From: Erythrobacter aureus
Lineage (GTDB): Bacteria > Pseudomonadota > Alphaproteobacteria > Sphingomonadales > Sphingomonadaceae
Direction of reading: 5' to 3'
Assembly: GCF_003355455.1 (NCBI RefSeq)
Contig: NZ_CP031357.1
Location: 2,002,489-2,026,488, forward strand
DNA length: 24,000 bases
Position numbers and translations under genes: made by a program. The notes under the pieces were generated by a model that worked only from the letters and a program-made list of their open reading frames with translations, searched no databases and was not told where the DNA came from. Positions 22,755 through 24,000 of the stretch are shown one piece after another. Every line of letters begins with the position of its first letter. The first letter of the stretch is position 1.

Positions 22755-23530
22755 TGCTGGTCGATAGCCATTGCCACCTCGAATACGAAGGCCTCGTCGA
22801 GGAGCAGGGCGAGGTACTGGACCGTGCCCGCGGGGCAGGGGTGCAGGCCTTCCTCAACATCTCGACGAAGCGTTCGGAATGGGGGCAGGTGATCGGTACG
22901 GCCCAGGCCGATGCCGACATTTTCGCCAGCGTCGGAATTCATCCGCACAACGCGGATCAGCATCTCGACCTAACCCGTAACGAACTGCTGGAAGCCTGTC
23001 GGGAAAAAACGGTGATCGGGATCGGCGAAACCGGGCTCGACTACTATTACGATCATTCAGATCGCGCCGCGCAGCAGAAGCTCTTTCGAATGCACATCGA
23101 CGTAGCGCGCGAGCTTCAGCTCCCGGTGATCATTCACACGCGCGATGCCGAAGACGACACGCTCGAGATACTCGAAGATGAATTGGGGAAGGGGCGCTTC
23201 CCGGCACTGATCCATTGCTTCACCGCTTCGGCCCAATTCGGCGAGCGCGTGCTGGAGCTTGGACTGTCCATTTCGATTTCGGGTATCGTTACCTTTAAGA
23301 ATGCCAAGGACTTGCAGGCTTTCGCCAAAGCCATTCCTCAGGATCGGCTATTGGTCGAAACGGATAGCCCTTTCCTCGCGCCGGTCCCCCATCGCGGTAA
23401 GACCTGCGAACCCGGTTTCGTGCGCGACACTGCCCAATTCCTCGCGGATTTGCGCTCCGAAAGCCTCGAAGATTTGGCAGAGTATACCACGCGCAATTTC
23501 TACACACTGTTCAGCAAGGCGGTCGCGTGA
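22754..23530 (+). CDS. tatD: TatD family metal-dependent hydrolase/DNase
   Basis: MLVDSHCHL..., GIGETGLDYYY, VIIHTRDA, IHCF, LLVETDSPFLAP motifs. The ATG shares 1 nt with the metG TGA. The ORF-track start at 22481 is an out-of-context extension inside metG. Confidence 0.92.
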   Translation: MLVDSHCHLEYEGLVEEQGEVLDRARGAGVQAFLNISTKRSEWGQVIGTAQADADIFASVGIHPHNADQHLDLTRNELLEACREKTVIGIGETGLDYYYDHSDRAAQQKLFRMHIDVARELQLPVIIHTRDAEDDTLEILEDELGKGRFPALIHCFTASAQFGERVLELGLSISISGIVTFKNAKDLQAFAKAIPQDRLLVETDSPFLAPVPHRGKTCEPGFVRDTAQFLADLRSESLEDLAEYTTRNFYTLFSKAVA

Positions 23531-24000
23531 AACTGCTGATGCTCGGCTCCGGCACGTCTACAGGTGTGCCGAGGATCGGCAACGACTGGGGCGAATGCGA
23601 CCCGCACGAGCCGCGCAACCGGCGTATGCGTGTATCGATTATCGTCGAAAACGATGCGGGCCGAAAGCTCCTCGTCGATACCTCGACGGACTTGCGGGCG
23701 CAGCTTCTGGCCAACGGAGTTGCGAAGGTCGATGCGGTCTTCTGGACGCATGACCATGCCGACCATTGCCACGGTATCGATGACCTACGGGTCATGCGGT
23801 ATGATCGCAGCAATCCGTTACCGGGCTTTGCGAGCAAGGTGACCTGCGAACGGTTGCGGCGGCGTTTCGATTATGTCTTCGAAGGTCAGTTCGGTTATCC
23901 TACCCTAATCGATCTTCGGGAAATCACGCAAAAACAACTGATTGCGGGCTTTTCCTTCGACCATGTAGAGATGCCGCATGGTCCGGTGACAAGCACCGGC
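23527..24000 (+). CDS. MBL-fold metallo-hydrolase (PhnP/GPMBL-like), 5' part; continues beyond the window
   Basis: This frame-1 ORF is not in the ORF track because no stop is reached. Translation VKLLMLGSGTSTGVPRIGNDWGECDP...LLVDTSTDLRAQL...VFWTHDHADHCHGIDDL contains the HxHxDH zinc motif. GTGA overlap with the tatD stop. Confidence 0.85.
   Translation, partial: MKLLMLGSGTSTGVPRIGNDWGECDPHEPRNRRMRVSIIVENDAGRKLLVDTSTDLRAQLLANGVAKVDAVFWTHDHADHCHGIDDLRVMRYDRSNPLPGFASKVTCERLRRRFDYVFEGQFGYPTLIDLREITQKQLIAGFSFDHVEMPHGPVTSTG

Noticed and set aside
1-24000. CRISPR arrays, tandem repeats, IS elements, and toxin-antitoxin or defence gene pairs
   Set aside because: Reading through both strands, I saw no regularly spaced direct repeats, no transposase or recombinase-like translation, and no small-gene pairs of unknown function. 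Every sizeable ORF apart from the shadows has a housekeeping assignment. This was a visual scan, not a computed repeat search.

Overview
High-GC window that reads as a conserved chromosomal housekeeping region of an alphaproteobacterium. The protein sequences resemble Sphingomonadales/Erythrobacteraceae, but that is inference from sequence style, not a search result. I support 25 protein-coding genes, one low-confidence small ORF and one tRNA. In order: radA (3' part), cvpA, an IscU-like gene, an MHS-type MFS transporter, alr, phaR, proS, rnr, a GFA-family gene, a convergent usp, pdhC, a DUF559 nuclease-like gene, a hotdog thioesterase, a secreted SH3-like gene, lpdA, a CPA2/Kef-type antiporter, tRNA-Ser(UGA) on the minus strand, then mltB-like, rlpA, a D-Ala-D-Ala carboxypeptidase, tmk, holB, metG, tatD and the 5' part of an MBL-fold hydrolase. 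Most genes are on the plus strand and many share start/stop overlaps. I found no transposase, integrase, phage gene, CRISPR array, toxin-antitoxin pair or recognisable defence gene. I cannot honestly point to a novel multi-gene system here. The items worth a second look are modest: (1) a DUF559 gene with a structured leader wedged into the pdhC-lpdA cluster; (2) a roughly 95-residue Cys-containing periplasmic insertion in the MFS transporter; (3) an unassigned 350-bp region next to tRNA-Ser with a hairpin that displays a strong SD in front of a 60-codon acidic ORF; (4) paired TGC-N3-GCA motifs upstream of phaR; (5) a run of A/T-ending codons inside metG. The many long minus-strand ORFs are GC-driven shadows of genes on the plus strand.
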